Below, one piece after another: positions 52,326 to 63,425 of a stretch of DNA of 64,000 nucleotides (positions are counted from its first letter, which is position 1; every line of letters begins with the position of its first letter). The stretch comes from Andalucia godoyi And28 (taxonomy: Eukaryota > Protista > Jakobida): the NCBI GenBank assembly GCA_009859145.1, contig VRVR01000049.1, positions 1 to 64,000 on the forward strand. Reading direction: 5' to 3'. The notes beneath the pieces were generated by a model. That model did not search any database. It was not told the origin of the DNA and saw nothing but the letters and a program-made list of their open reading frames with translations. A program made the position numbers and the translations under genes.

Positions 52326-54311
52326 ATGTCGTTTGAGAAGAGCAGCAGTTCGCATGGTGAAACACGGAGTTGGAATGCAAGCAGAAAGCGGCCGCGCCGA
52401 GAGGCCGAGTTGCTGACGGCAGATGAGTTGGAAGAGCGGCGCAAGAAGAAACTGAAGCGCAAGGCCGAGGTTGCATCGGAGCGCAAGTCGCGCTTGGACG
52501 TCAAGGAAGCGCTTGAAGAGAAACTTCGGCAAGTGTCGCTGCCTTTGTGGATGCGACAAGGAACTGTCATTTCTGCGACTTTGAGTGACCGTACATCATC
52601 GTTGTCGACAGCGACGACGGACGAATTGGACGAACCAGTCGCGGAGTCACAGCGAGAGCCAGAGTGGCGGTCAGATGCGGAATCGGCAAATATGAAGCTT
52701 CGAACGCTGAAAAGGCGCTTGAAATCGCGGTTTGGGAGCGTGAAGGAGTGGAAGCTTGTCTATCGCATTCTGGAACAAAAGATGAAAATCGACACTCTTT
52801 TTCCAGTGCAAACATACTTGATTGATTACCTCTCAAAGCTGATTATCGAAAGAGGAGTCGGAGACGTCGCTTGTGCCGCGCCAACAGGTTCCGGAAAGAC
52901 TCTTGCATATGTCCTGCCGCTTCTGATGCAGCTTCTGTGGAATGTAAGCCCTAGAGGTCCACTGCGGCTCTCGGCCGTGGTGCTTGTCCCTACACGCGAT
53001 CTTGCGCGGCAAGTGGGATCGGTCCTTGAAGTGTTTTGCAAGGCCGCAGGATACATTCTGCAGGTTTGCACGGGCTCAAAATCATTTGCTGCCGAGCAGT
53101 CTCTGCTCATGCAGCCAGGGCCGCTCGACAAGTTTCATCTTGCAAGTCGCGACGCGGTAGGAGATCGCGCAGACCAAAACATGCTAAAAAGACGAGGAGT
53201 ACCGTTCGTGCTGGATGCGCAGACAGCTTGCCATGTCATTGTGGCAACACCGGGAAGGTTCATGGACCATGTAACGCAGACGGCCGGATTTTCCACGGCC
53301 CTGTCGCATTTGCAAGTGCTTGTGTTGGACGAAGCAGACAAGCTCCTTGCGCAGTCATATGATGATTGGCTGCACCGCCTCCTTCCGTTGCTCGGGCCGT
53401 GGTGCAGAAAAATGCTCTTCTCAGCCACACTAACGCGCAACCCGGGAAAGATTGCGGCGCTGCGATTGGTGAATCCACGGTATTTTAGCGTCACGGAAGC
53501 ACATGTTACGAAGCGGTTCGTCACTCCGGAATCACTGACGCAGCAGTATGCAGTTGTGAGCGCAGAGCACAAGCCGCATGCTCTACTGCACTTGTTGGAA
53601 TATGCGCGGGAGCACGACTTGTTGCCTTGTGTGTGCTTTACTTCTTCAGTCGAAACGGCGCATCGGTTGTTCAGAATGTGTCAGGCGTACTATGGTGCTG
53701 TCCAAGAAGACTCTCGGGACAAGAAGAAGGACCAGCGGGACAGGACGTGGAATGGAAACCAAGCGAGAAATGATCCGGAAAAGAAGCCCTTGCTGGATGA
53801 CTTTGTGTTTGCAGAGTACTCCAGCGCCCTCGACCAGCAATTGAAGACACAGTTACTGCAATCGCTGGAACGCGTCGGTGTGGACGATCGAAAAGCACGC
53901 AAAGCGGACCCGCAAAACATGGTTGTGCTGTGCTCGGACGCAATGTCGAGAGGGCTGGATGTGTCGTCCATTCGTCTTGTGATTTCGTACGATGCCCCAG
54001 CTCATGTGACGACATATATCCACAGAGTCGGTCGCACAGCCCGTGCTGGACGTGCTGGAACTGCGATTTCGCTGCTGCGCTCTCAGGAAGTGCGGTTCTT
54101 TAAAGATTTGATGCGCAAGGCTCAGCATGCAAAGCCCGTGACGGAACTCCGAACGCACTTTGAACGTGACGACGCGCGGTTAGAGTATGCGTTGCAGACT
54201 GTGAGGAACGTTCTGGCCGAGGAAGCCAATCACAAGGTGCCACTGTCGGGACCCATTCCCGCGGAATTGTATCCGCAAGAAGAACCGGAAGAAGATGGTG
54301 GGTACATTTAG
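52326..54311 (+). CDS. DDX51: DEAD-box RNA helicase DDX51/Dbp6
   Basis: LFPVQ, APTGSGKTLAY, PTRDLARQV, ATPGRFMDH, LDEADKLLAQSYDDWL, FSATLTRNPGKI..L.LVNP, SDAMSRGLD, YIHRVGRTARAG. Confidence 0.9.
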   Translation: MSFEKSSSSHGETRSWNASRKRPRREAELLTADELEERRKKKLKRKAEVASERKSRLDVKEALEEKLRQVSLPLWMRQGTVISATLSDRTSSLSTATTDELDEPVAESQREPEWRSDAESANMKLRTLKRRLKSRFGSVKEWKLVYRILEQKMKIDTLFPVQTYLIDYLSKLIIERGVGDVACAAPTGSGKTLAYVLPLLMQLLWNVSPRGPLRLSAVVLVPTRDLARQVGSVLEVFCKAAGYILQVCTGSKSFAAEQSLLMQPGPLDKFHLASRDAVGDRADQNMLKRRGVPFVLDAQTACHVIVATPGRFMDHVTQTAGFSTALSHLQVLVLDEADKLLAQSYDDWLHRLLPLLGPWCRKMLFSATLTRNPGKIAALRLVNPRYFSVTEAHVTKRFVTPESLTQQYAVVSAEHKPHALLHLLEYAREHDLLPCVCFTSSVETAHRLFRMCQAYYGAVQEDSRDKKKDQRDRTWNGNQARNDPEKKPLLDDFVFAEYSSALDQQLKTQLLQSLERVGVDDRKARKADPQNMVVLCSDAMSRGLDVSSIRLVISYDAPAHVTTYIHRVGRTARAGRAGTAISLLRSQEVRFFKDLMRKAQHAKPVTELRTHFERDDARLEYALQTVRNVLAEEANHKVPLSGPIPAELYPQEEPEEDGGYI

Positions 54312-54485
54312 ACGGCGGTCATCATCCTGCTTGCTCTCATGCTTCCTTTCCTTCAATGACTGGCTTTATCGCTCCCCCTTATCTTCACCTGGATACTTTA
54401 CAAAAACTTACAAATCCTACTACTATTTGGATAAACACGTTGCGTACATACATGCATAGATACATTGTCTGGATTTTTCCGTATT

Positions 54486-54797
54486 TTAGTCCAGTGGAAA
54501 CACCTGGGAGTGGTTGCGAAGGACAGATTTCCCATTGTAAGCCGCAATCACATACACTGGATCTTCGGCAGAGGCGCTGCACGAAACCTTGACGTCGTCC
54601 TCGTCCGCCCACTCGGGAGCAATGGATCCTTCCGTAACCACATCCACAATCCGGCCACGCGTCAGTCCTTTCGTGCCCTCGTAACCTGGAATGTCCCAAG
54701 TGACCGTCGTTCCTTTTGGCAGGGCTTGGGGAGCACGAAGACCTCCACGCATGGCCCTTTCCATCTTGCCACTTGCATCCTCTGGTCTGTCCGACAT
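54486..54797 (-). CDS. Hva1-like Tudor domain (DUF2945) small protein
   Basis: KGTTVTW...GLTRGRIVDVV...SASAEDPVYVI....GKSVLRNHSQV matches the DUF2945 pattern; ATG 54797. Confidence 0.7.
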   Translation of the reverse strand: MSDRPEDASGKMERAMRGGLRAPQALPKGTTVTWDIPGYEGTKGLTRGRIVDVVTEGSIAPEWADEDDVKVSCSASAEDPVYVIAAYNGKSVLRNHSQVFPLD

Positions 54798-55178
54798 GGC
54801 TGTCTTTGCCTTTTGTCTTTCTTTTGTCTTCCCTTTTTTTCCTTTTTTTCCTTTTTTTTTTGGTCTCTCTCCGTACCAGTCTAAGCATTTAGACACGCAA
54901 CAACAAAAACATCGCGCCGTGTGACCGGGACGGGGAAGTGGCGAAAACGCACGAGTCTTGTATCGTTGGGGAGGGCACAGTCATGTCCAGTAGAAGTGCC
55001 TCCTCCTCCCGCATCAATCCGTACGAGCATATCTCTCGAAGTTGCGAGGTGAACGAGTGCTTCGAAAGGTGGCAAGTCAGCAAATAATAATAATAATAAT
55101 AATAATAATTACAAGAAGAAGAAGAAAAGAAGAAGAAAAGAAAGAGACGATAGCAAAACAATAAAAGACGAGACAGGA

Positions 55179-57395
55179 TCAGAAAGACTCATGCTTCTTG
55201 TCAACGGTTGGCAAGCGATCGTGTTGCTGTTTCCACAGTCGGGCGTAAAGCCCGCCGTTGGCGAGTAGTTCGTGGTGTGGCCCCTCCTCGACAATCCGAC
55301 CTTGGTCCAACACTACGATTTTATCGCACATGACGACCGTGGATAGTCTGTGGGCAATGACGACAGCCGTTCGGTTTTTGGCAAGATCGCGCAAAGCATC
55401 CATAACAGCCCTTTCGGTAGCCGAATCGAGTGCCGAAGTCGCTTCATCGCACACAAGAATCGGCGCGTCCTTGAGCATAGCCCGAGCGATTGCAACTCGC
55501 TGACGCTCTCCTCCCGACAAACCCATTCCACGTTCACCAACGACGCTCTCAACACCCATCGGAAGGCGCTGCACCAGCTCCAGCAACCGCGCACGTTTCA
55601 GCACGTCTTCAAGCCGGTCTTTCATCGCAGCAGGAAGCGAACCCAGCGTTGTGCACGCGTCTCCGTTCTCTGATCTCCTTTGTCGGTACTCTGCATCGCC
55701 ATACAAAATATTGTGAAGCAATGTGTCGTTGAAAAGCACAATGTCTTGTGGAACTACCCCGACAAATCTCCGCCACGAGTCTGCATCTATGGTGCGAAGC
55801 GATGCGGAACCGAGAAGCAAGTCGCCCGATGTCGGCGTAAGCAGTCCGTACAATAGCCGTGTAAGCGTAGACTTTCCAGAGCCTGATGGACCCACAATCC
55901 CAACGCTTGTGCCTGCTTCCACGGAAAATGTCACATCGGTCAAAACCATTCTTTCCGGCAAGGACGACGACGGTGCGGCGGAGGAGGAGGAGGAAGAAGA
56001 AGAAGAAGAAGATGGGTTGCTGGAAGACGTGCTGGAAGACGTACTAGGCGAACGCGATGGATATGCAAATGAAAGATGGGAGAGTGTGACGTTGCTCGAC
56101 TCTGCCATTTCCCTCGTTGCGAAAATCCTTGCTGTTTCTTCTTTTTCGCCTCCAAGAAACCACTGCTGCTGCTGAGCGGCGACTGCTGGTTCCATTTTCA
56201 ACAGCACGATCAGTGCCTCGAGATCCACGATGGATTGACGGATTTCTCTGTATAGCGACCCCAGAAACCCCAGGGGAACCGCGATTTGCATCAGAAGGCC
56301 ATTCACCAGCACAACATCCCCAACGGAGCATGTTCCGTTTGCAACTCCCACAACCGATGCGCCCATCATTGATGCAACGGCAAGCGCCATGACCGCCCCT
56401 TGCCCAAAATTCAGCACTGCAAGCGACTCATGCGCAGCGATCGCTTCCTTTTGATATGCCTTCAGCAGCGCTCCCAAGCGCCCTTTTTCCAGCAGCTCTC
56501 CGTTGAAATATCTCACTGTTTCATAGTTTGTGACGCTGTCCATTGCTGCAGTCGTTGCGCGGTTGTCTGCCTCGTTCATTCTCCGGCGGATCACCGTCCG
56601 GGCTTTGGTCACCCAGAGCGTAAACCCTCCGTAGATCCCCACCGACGCGAGCGCACCGATGGCATAGAACGGAGAGAGAAGCGAGGAGAGGACAATGCAA
56701 GCCAAGGAAAGTTCCAAAAATGCCGGAAACAGATGCAGCGCGGTTGCAGAGAGCAGAAAGGAGAGCCCGTCGACCCCGCGCTCAATCGTCCGAAACAAGA
56801 GCGCCGGCGAAGTCGCAGCGAGAAATGGCGAGGGCAGTGTAGAAAGATGTGCATGAGAAGCAGCGAGTAGCACAGCAGAAGAGTGCTCGGAAACCCGAGA
56901 AAACAACGCGGATCGCAACTCGGAAAACAGCGAAGATAGAATCCGAAGGCCTCCGTAGCAAGCAACTGCAGCGAGCGCAGTCGTCAGGACTGTTGTAGAC
57001 ACTGTTGGAGCAGCCGAAAGCGAGTCTATTGCATATTTCAGTGATAAGGGAATGCAAACAGCCACTAATTTCGAGGATGTCAACAGCGCAATCGACGAGC
57101 AGACGAGAAATCGAACTTTCCTTGGCGAAGGCGAAGTGCCGGTGCCGGTGGCCGCAGCAGAGGCGGTTGGTGGCCACAAGAACCGAGAAAGCAGCATTGG
57201 AATCGATGTTCTCGGAGATGCGATTCCCGACAGTTCATCCGAAAATCGAGGATTGGACAGGCTACGGCTGCTGCCAGTTGGAGGCAGCGGTGGCTTGATG
57301 ACGCTGGAAAAGGATCGCAGTGAAAAGGCATGTTGAGGAGACGGTCGCGTTCGAAGAAAGGAACCACTCGAGCGGACGATCCGAACACTGAACAT
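55179..57395 (-). CDS. ABCB7: Mitochondrial ABC transporter ATM1/ABCB7
   Basis: Presequence-like N-terminus; TMD with [18 protein letters not shown] and LNFGQ; [11 protein letters not shown]; Walker [10 protein letters not shown]; [13 protein letters not shown]; DEATSALD; IAHRLST. Confidence 0.95.
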   Translation of the reverse strand: MFSVRIVRSSGSFLRTRPSPQHAFSLRSFSSVIKPPLPPTGSSRSLSNPRFSDELSGIASPRTSIPMLLSRFLWPPTASAAATGTGTSPSPRKVRFLVCSSIALLTSSKLVAVCIPLSLKYAIDSLSAAPTVSTTVLTTALAAVACYGGLRILSSLFSELRSALFSRVSEHSSAVLLAASHAHLSTLPSPFLAATSPALLFRTIERGVDGLSFLLSATALHLFPAFLELSLACIVLSSLLSPFYAIGALASVGIYGGFTLWVTKARTVIRRRMNEADNRATTAAMDSVTNYETVRYFNGELLEKGRLGALLKAYQKEAIAAHESLAVLNFGQGAVMALAVASMMGASVVGVANGTCSVGDVVLVNGLLMQIAVPLGFLGSLYREIRQSIVDLEALIVLLKMEPAVAAQQQQWFLGGEKEETARIFATREMAESSNVTLSHLSFAYPSRSPSTSSSTSSSNPSSSSSSSSSSSAAPSSSLPERMVLTDVTFSVEAGTSVGIVGPSGSGKSTLTRLLYGLLTPTSGDLLLGSASLRTIDADSWRRFVGVVPQDIVLFNDTLLHNILYGDAEYRQRRSENGDACTTLGSLPAAMKDRLEDVLKRARLLELVQRLPMGVESVVGERGMGLSGGERQRVAIARAMLKDAPILVCDEATSALDSATERAVMDALRDLAKNRTAVVIAHRLSTVVMCDKIVVLDQGRIVEEGPHHELLANGGLYARLWKQQHDRLPTVDKKHESF

Positions 57396-57423
57396 TGTTC
57401 GAGAGTTCCTGCAGTCCCCCGAG

Positions 57424-57470
57424 CTCCCAACTCCCAACTCCCAACTCCCAACTCCCAACTCCCAACTCCC
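57424..57470. repeat. Heptamer tandem repeat (CTCCCAA)n, about 6.7 copies, upstream of ATM1
   Basis: Reads (TTGGGAG)n on the ATM1 sense strand, 30-75 nt upstream of the ATG. Confidence 0.93.
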
Positions 57471-58095
57471 AGCTCCAGCAAAAGCAAACGCAACAATAAG
57501 TAGATAAGCAGATAAGCAGATGAATGATAAAAAATGAAAAAGCAGAAGCGGAGGGAAAAAAACGAGACTCCTCAAAAACTTTTGAATTGACGCGCGGAAT
57601 GCCCAAATGGAGTGCGAGGCTTCATCGTAGACGGGGGTATTTCTTTTTTTACGCCAGCTGGAAATTCCGCAGTCTACCGTCCAAGTGCGTTGGTTCTGGC
57701 TTCGCGGCCGTTCATTCGGATCGAGGACACAACGGACGTCAAAAGTGGCGCGGCATCAAGATTGTCGCTGAAGGACCAACGGTGACTTGCCAAGAGAAAG
57801 CAGAAAAGAAAGAAAGAAATTTAAAAAAACCCCTTGGACTGGGAATGGCTCTCATTCCTCCAGAAAGAGCGTCCACCAGAGAAGACTGCATGCGGAGACC
57901 AAGATGAGAAGGGGACAAGTTCAAACACTTAGCGTAGAATTATTATTATCTTTTTTTAAAGGATTTATGGGTTAGTGAGTTGCTGTACAAGGGGATATTG
58001 GGATACGATACGAAAACAAAAGACAAAACAAAAAAGGCAAAGCAAACGACGGTGATTGATCATGCATAATTGGTGGGAGTAGATGGATGAGCTGG

Positions 58096-58632
58096 CTACG
58101 TCGGTGGAGACGCGAACGGGCGGCTAGGGTTTGTAGGGCTTTGACTGGAGTGGGGTCGGTGGATAGAGGAGTGGTGGATTAGGGTAGGGTTTAGAGAAGG
58201 AAAGAGCATCGAAGGGAATTTGAAATGCAGAGGATGCGGGAGGACACGAGTTTGCAGGACTTGTTGGACGAAGGGGAAGGCGGGCAGAGAAAAGAGGGCT
58301 GGGTGGGAGTGGTTTGGCGCGAAGGAGTGGGAGGGAGGCTGAGAGGGGTCCGCTGCCGAGGGAAAAAAGGGATCCATCGCATGGGGCTCGGAGGCCGGAG
58401 GAGCCAGCGCCGTCGGACTCGATTCCAAAACAGGGCTATTGAGGGCTCGTGACGACGCCAGTTTCGGAAGAATCGCCATGTAGCCTTGGGCATCCCGCAT
58501 AATGCGCCGCCGCTCATGCGACTGGATGCGGTTCAGAATTGCCTTTTTATTATCTCGTCGGGCGGGTCCAGTCGCCGAATCGGGACGGTGTGATGGCGGT
58601 GACGGCGGTGACGGCGACGATGAAAACTCCAT
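58096..58632 (-). CDS. Possible Pro/Ser-rich hypothetical protein
   Basis: ATG 58632 (MEFSSSPSPP...), 178 aa, short basic helix RRDNKKAILNRIQSHERRR, otherwise low complexity. Confidence 0.3.
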   Translation of the reverse strand: MEFSSSPSPPSPPSHRPDSATGPARRDNKKAILNRIQSHERRRIMRDAQGYMAILPKLASSRALNSPVLESSPTALAPPASEPHAMDPFFPSAADPSQPPSHSFAPNHSHPALFSLPAFPFVQQVLQTRVLPHPLHFKFPSMLFPSLNPTLIHHSSIHRPHSSQSPTNPSRPFASPPT

Positions 58633-59909
58633 GACATGGCTCAATGTGCTCCTGGCCCTCTCTTTCCCTTCTATTTCCCGTGCTTGCTTTTCCTTTCCAA
58701 AAAATGCTTTCGTTTCGAAAAACCCACCCAAAGTATTAATTAATTGATTTAATTGATTTTTAAAAAATCAATGAAAAATGACAGAAAACCCCCGAAAATG
58801 AAAAGAGAAACGCACGAGTTTTTGAACGCCAGGAATAATTTAAAAAAGAATGCGGCTATTCCTGCTTGTTTTTGATGAAATGGGAGAGAACGGAAAGGAA
58901 CCGAAGTGATGAGGAAAGCAGAGAAAATGGCAAGGAAAAGGAGAGAGGACGGCGGAAGCTCAGGCGAAAGTGTCGGGGCCTCGGGGTTTCGGGGGGGAGG
59001 GGAGTTCAAAGGTGGGGGGGCGCTGGATGGAATTGGCCAAAGGGGAAACTTGTTGGCGACCTCACGAGTCGCCAAAGGTATCCTCAACAACCGCCCAGTT
59101 GTTCAATTTGGGCAAAGCGGGGAAACTGGCCCTTTCCAGCACTGGCTCGATTGGCTATTTTGGGGAATCGACAGGGCGAACCGTCTGCTCCGCTCGCCTT
59201 CTTCTTTTGGAAATGGTCATTGCCGCCTTGACGGGTCATTGTCGGGTCATTTACCCCGCACGTCGTCGTTCCGCTGGCAACAAAAACGAAATCTCCGCCT
59301 CCCCTTTCCACGACTTCGCGTTTTACTTGTTGTAACTTCGTTTTGAGAGTCGGTCTCTCTCAGAAACACGTGCAGCGGGGATGCATCGACATCTACTTTG
59401 AAGAACGTGGTGTGCATGTACTTGTGTATTTTGCTGGACCCTGCCCCTCTAGATGACTGATTTTCGCAGGATCGATTGTCATGCAAAACCTTGCAATAGT
59501 GCCAGTGAGAGCCAATTCGTATTAATGCAGTGTGTCGCAGGCGTAATAAATTTAATTTTTAAAAAATTGAGAACCTCCCTTCCGTAAAAGTCACGGCGAT
59601 CGTTTCGTTGTTTCTTTTCTTCTTCCCCCTCCCTTCGTTCGTGATTATTCATTTGTACATAAACGGTCACCCTGTTGGGGATCCCGATCTCTGTGCACTG
59701 CTCTTCTCGACGCCCGCTTTTTTCTTGCACATTCGAAGTGCTCTTTCTGTTCGTGATCACTCACCGAGCGCAGGTCGCAGAAACTGAAGTTAATATTGAA
59801 AAAAGAACATGTCGAAGAATCCACTGAAAAACAAGAGAAAAAGGCACGAGGGAATGCAGTTCGGGATTAGACATCATCAAACGATCTCCAGGTGGTCCAA
59901 GGTACGCAA

Positions 59910-59999
59910 AGCCGCGTGGCGCAGTGGATTAGCGTGTCTGCCTCCTATCGTGATGTTTTGGAAAGCAGAGGGTCCCGGGTTCGAACCCCGGCGTGGCTG
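59910..59999 (+). tRNA. tRNA-Arg (anticodon CCT) with 16-nt intron at 37/38
   Basis: Acceptor AGCCGCG/CGTGGCT; anticodon stem TCTGC/GCAGA with CT-CCT-A then intron 59948-59963; T-arm CCGGG-TTCGAAC-CCCGG. Confidence 0.92.
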
Positions 60000-60121
60000 T
60001 AACTTTTTTTTATATTTTTTTATATTTTTTTCTTCTTTCTTTTATCTTCTTTTTCCGCCTGGTGTCTCTCGCAGTAAACAGACAGAAAGGGGGGAAGCGA
60101 AGAGAGAAGGGGAAGAGAAAG

Positions 60122-60382
60122 ATGAGTGATCCCAAGCCAACTGCATTGCTGGACCGAGCGGCTCGAGCGGCATGCTATGAAGCTCGGGATCCATATCTCG
60201 CATGCATGGACGCCGCACCGCCTGGTACAGCTGCTGCTTCATCGGCATTGGGGCAGCCAACATCGGCTCGCTGTGCTTCTCTTCGGAAGGAATTTGAAGC
60301 GAAATGCCCTGCGTCGTGGGTCTCTTATTTCATCGATCTTCATCGCAATGCAAAACGAATGGTGCCTGGGAAGCAACAGTAG
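60122..60382 (+). CDS. COA6: Cytochrome c oxidase assembly factor 6
   Basis: RAACYEARDPYLACMD...C..LRKEFEAKCPASWVSYF (Cx9C...Cx10C with the WV.YF motif). Confidence 0.88.
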   Translation: MSDPKPTALLDRAARAACYEARDPYLACMDAAPPGTAAASSALGQPTSARCASLRKEFEAKCPASWVSYFIDLHRNAKRMVPGKQQ

Positions 60383-60704
60383 TGCACCACCAGCTGTAAA
60401 GCCATCTGCTTGAATTGGCGGATTGAAAAGTGCGAAAACTGGCGACTGTACTCGAACGTGTAGTGCGTGTGTGTGTACTGTGTACTGGACTTCGGGTTTT
60501 TGTTAGGGAGGCATGAAGAGAGGTTCTCTGCTTTCCTCCTTAATTAGGCGCCGGTGCATGCTCCACCTCTTCTTTTTTCTTTTATTGTTTGTTTGATTTC
60601 AGTATTTCGATTTGGTTGTTGTTGTTGTTGTTTTTTTTATATTTAAAATCTTGCTAAAGTAGAGGGAGTGTAAGAGAAGGGAGAAGGGGAGAAAGGGAGA
60701 AGGG

Positions 60705-63425
60705 ATGGGCTTGCTTTTACGGTCTGCAGATATGACGCTTTTGCGTCTGATTATGCAGCGTGAGACGGCCCATGATGCCGTTTCCGAGCTTGGATCACTT
60801 GGACTTGCGCAGTTTCTTGATCTGAATCCGCACGTGAATGCGTTCCAGCGACAGTTTGTAAACGAGATTAAGAGATGCGATGAGCTTGAGCGTCGAATCC
60901 GATTTCTTCGCTCGCAGTGCCGCAAACACAATCTCTACATACCGGATCTTCTTGACTTGGCGTCCTCGTCGTCGTCGGGGCCAAATGCCAATAGCCTCTC
61001 GACGGATGTCTCGGCTCAAGTGGCAAATATCACGCTTGAGCAGCTGGAGAATATGACCGAGTCGTTCGAGAAGGATCTGCTGGATATCAATGCGCGAGGA
61101 GACGTCCTGCGTACGGATGCGGCGCGAATGGCGGAGCTTGCACATGTGCTTGATCGAGGCCGTGACTTTTTTGCAATGTCCGGCTCGACGTCCAGCTCGT
61201 ATTCGCCAAGCTCGTCCGCAAAGAATGTCGATGATGAGGACCGTGCGTTGTTTTCGTCGTCGCCAAGCTACAACGCCTCTTCTTCTGCGGCGGCAGCAGC
61301 AGCAGCAGCAGCAGCAGCGTCTGGAGAACGGGCTGTGCAGTTCGTCACTGGACTTATCCCACGTGCGAAAGTCGGCTCGTTTGAACGAATGGTGTTCCGT
61401 GCAACTCGTGGAAACTCCTTTGTGCGGACACATGAGCTTGCGACTGCAGTTGTGGACCCCGTATCGGGAGAGTCGGTGATGAAGAACGTGCTTGCAGTGT
61501 TCTTCCATGGTTCAAGACTTCGTACAAAGATCGTGAAGTTGTGCGAATCGTATGGTGCAACTCTCTATCCGTATCCCGAGGACTCGTCGGAGCTTGTGTC
61601 CGTGCTGGAGCAGGTTCGTCGCAGAAGTGTGGAATTGGGCAGCGTACTTTCACAGACCGAGGAACAGCGCAAGGCACTGCTCGTCAAGATTGCCGGTGCT
61701 CTCGAACTCTGGAGCTACAAGGTGACAGTCGAAAAGGCGGTGTTTCATACCATGAACAAGATGGACTGGGTTTCGTCGGATCGAACGGTTACCGCCGAGG
61801 TCTGGGTTCCTGCGCGCAGTGTTGAGCAGATCCGAGTGGCGCTCATGACTGCCGAAAGAACTTCAAAGGCGTCTGTCGGATGCATCTTGACTCCTGTGGG
61901 TATTGACCACCTGCCGGTCAATGCGAAACCGACGTATTTTGAAACCAATGAAGTCACGCAGGCTTTCCAGGATATCGTGGAATCCTACGGTGTTGCGCGG
62001 TACAAGGAGATCAACCCTGCCGTCTTTGCAATCATTACGTTCCCGTTCTTGTTTGCAGTCATGTTTGGTGATTGGGGTCATGGTATCTTGCTCACGTTGT
62101 TTGGGCTTTGGTTGCTGTTTTCTGCAAAGAAGTTTAAGCGGCTGCAGGCAAAGCGCCAGCTCAACGAGATTCTCGGCATGATGTTTGGCGGCCGGTGGGT
62201 GATTGTTTTTATGGGTCTTTTCTCCATCTATGTCGGTATCCTCTACAACGATTGGTTTGCGCTGTCCTTCGACTGGTTTGGAACAACGTATACGTTCCAC
62301 GAGACGATGAAGGACGGGAAGAAGGTCGACATTGGAACACACACTGTGGAGCGTACCTATCCTATTGGAATCGATCCTGCCTGGTACGGAACCACGAACA
62401 AGCTGACCTTCTACAACTCGCTCAAGATGAAGCTGTCCGTTCTTCTGGGAGTGATTCACATGCTTGTCGGTGTTTGCATGGGTTTGCTGAATATGATCTA
62501 CCGTTCAGACTGGTTTGATGTGGTCGTGGAGTTCATTCCAATGTTCGTTTTCCTTGCCGGCACGTTTGGGTATATGTGCATCCTCATCATCATCAAGTGG
62601 AATATTGACTGGTCCATTGCTGGCCGTGAAGCACCATCGTTGCTGCAGACAATGACGGACTTCTTCCTCTCTCCTGGTACTGTGCAGGCAGAGACCTTTT
62701 CTGGCCAGGCTGCCGTGCAAGCTGTTCTTTTGCTGGTTGCGTTCCTGGTTGTCCCGGTTTTGCTTCTGGGAAAGCCGCTGCACGAGCGTGCTCACCACAA
62801 GAAGCTCCATGGTGGCTCCTCGAGCCACGCAAACCAAGCCTCGGGTTTCTCCACGGGATCCGAGACTGCATCTGACGAATCGCAGATCGCACTGCACAGA
62901 CATGGCCAGCACCATCATGATGGTCAGTCCTCTGCATCGGGACACAACGGAACTGCTGTTGCTGCAGGCGGTGGTGCTGCCGCACTGGCTGTTCACGAAG
63001 AGGAGTTCCAGTTTGGCGATGTGATGGTCAAACAGATCATTCATACCATTGAGTACGTTCTTGGCTGCATTTCCAACACTGCATCGTACCTGCGTCTATG
63101 GGCCCTGTCTCTTGCGCACGCGCAGCTCTCAGAAGTATTCTGGGAAATGATCTTTCTCCTCGCAATCAAGGCAGACGTGTACGGAATCTTTGTTTACGTT
63201 GGCTTTGCCGTGTGGGCTGCAGCAACTGTCGGTGTGCTGCTGTGCATGGAGGCTCTCTCGGCATTCCTGCATGCTCTTCGTCTCCACTGGGTCGAGTTCA
63301 TGAACAAATTCTACGCTGGTGATGGCATCAAGTTTGCTCCGTTTGACTTCAAGCACGTTCTCGCTGCTGCTGCCGAGGCCGCGGCGCAGGAACACACTGG
63401 TGTTCAGACTGCCGAACTCGATTAA
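60705..63425 (+). CDS. ATP6V0A: V-type ATPase V0 subunit a
   Basis: LLRSADMTL, FLDLNPHVNAFQRQFVNEIKRCDELER, PTYFETN..T.AFQ.IV.SYG, PFLFAVMFGD.GHG, NSLKMKLSV, ISNTASYLRLWALSLAH, LRLHWVEF..KFY.GDG. Confidence 0.98.
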   Translation: MGLLLRSADMTLLRLIMQRETAHDAVSELGSLGLAQFLDLNPHVNAFQRQFVNEIKRCDELERRIRFLRSQCRKHNLYIPDLLDLASSSSSGPNANSLSTDVSAQVANITLEQLENMTESFEKDLLDINARGDVLRTDAARMAELAHVLDRGRDFFAMSGSTSSSYSPSSSAKNVDDEDRALFSSSPSYNASSSAAAAAAAAAAASGERAVQFVTGLIPRAKVGSFERMVFRATRGNSFVRTHELATAVVDPVSGESVMKNVLAVFFHGSRLRTKIVKLCESYGATLYPYPEDSSELVSVLEQVRRRSVELGSVLSQTEEQRKALLVKIAGALELWSYKVTVEKAVFHTMNKMDWVSSDRTVTAEVWVPARSVEQIRVALMTAERTSKASVGCILTPVGIDHLPVNAKPTYFETNEVTQAFQDIVESYGVARYKEINPAVFAIITFPFLFAVMFGDWGHGILLTLFGLWLLFSAKKFKRLQAKRQLNEILGMMFGGRWVIVFMGLFSIYVGILYNDWFALSFDWFGTTYTFHETMKDGKKVDIGTHTVERTYPIGIDPAWYGTTNKLTFYNSLKMKLSVLLGVIHMLVGVCMGLLNMIYRSDWFDVVVEFIPMFVFLAGTFGYMCILIIIKWNIDWSIAGREAPSLLQTMTDFFLSPGTVQAETFSGQAAVQAVLLLVAFLVVPVLLLGKPLHERAHHKKLHGGSSSHANQASGFSTGSETASDESQIALHRHGQHHHDGQSSASGHNGTAVAAGGGAAALAVHEEEFQFGDVMVKQIIHTIEYVLGCISNTASYLRLWALSLAHAQLSEVFWEMIFLLAIKADVYGIFVYVGFAVWAAATVGVLLCMEALSAFLHALRLHWVEFMNKFYAGDGIKFAPFDFKHVLAAAAEAAAQEHTGVQTAELD

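Noticed and set aside
32328-60382. Apparent cluster of mitochondrial genes (COX10, ETFRF1, NDUFA7, ATM1, COA6)
   Set aside because: They are interleaved with unrelated genes on both strands; plausibly chance in a gene-dense genome.
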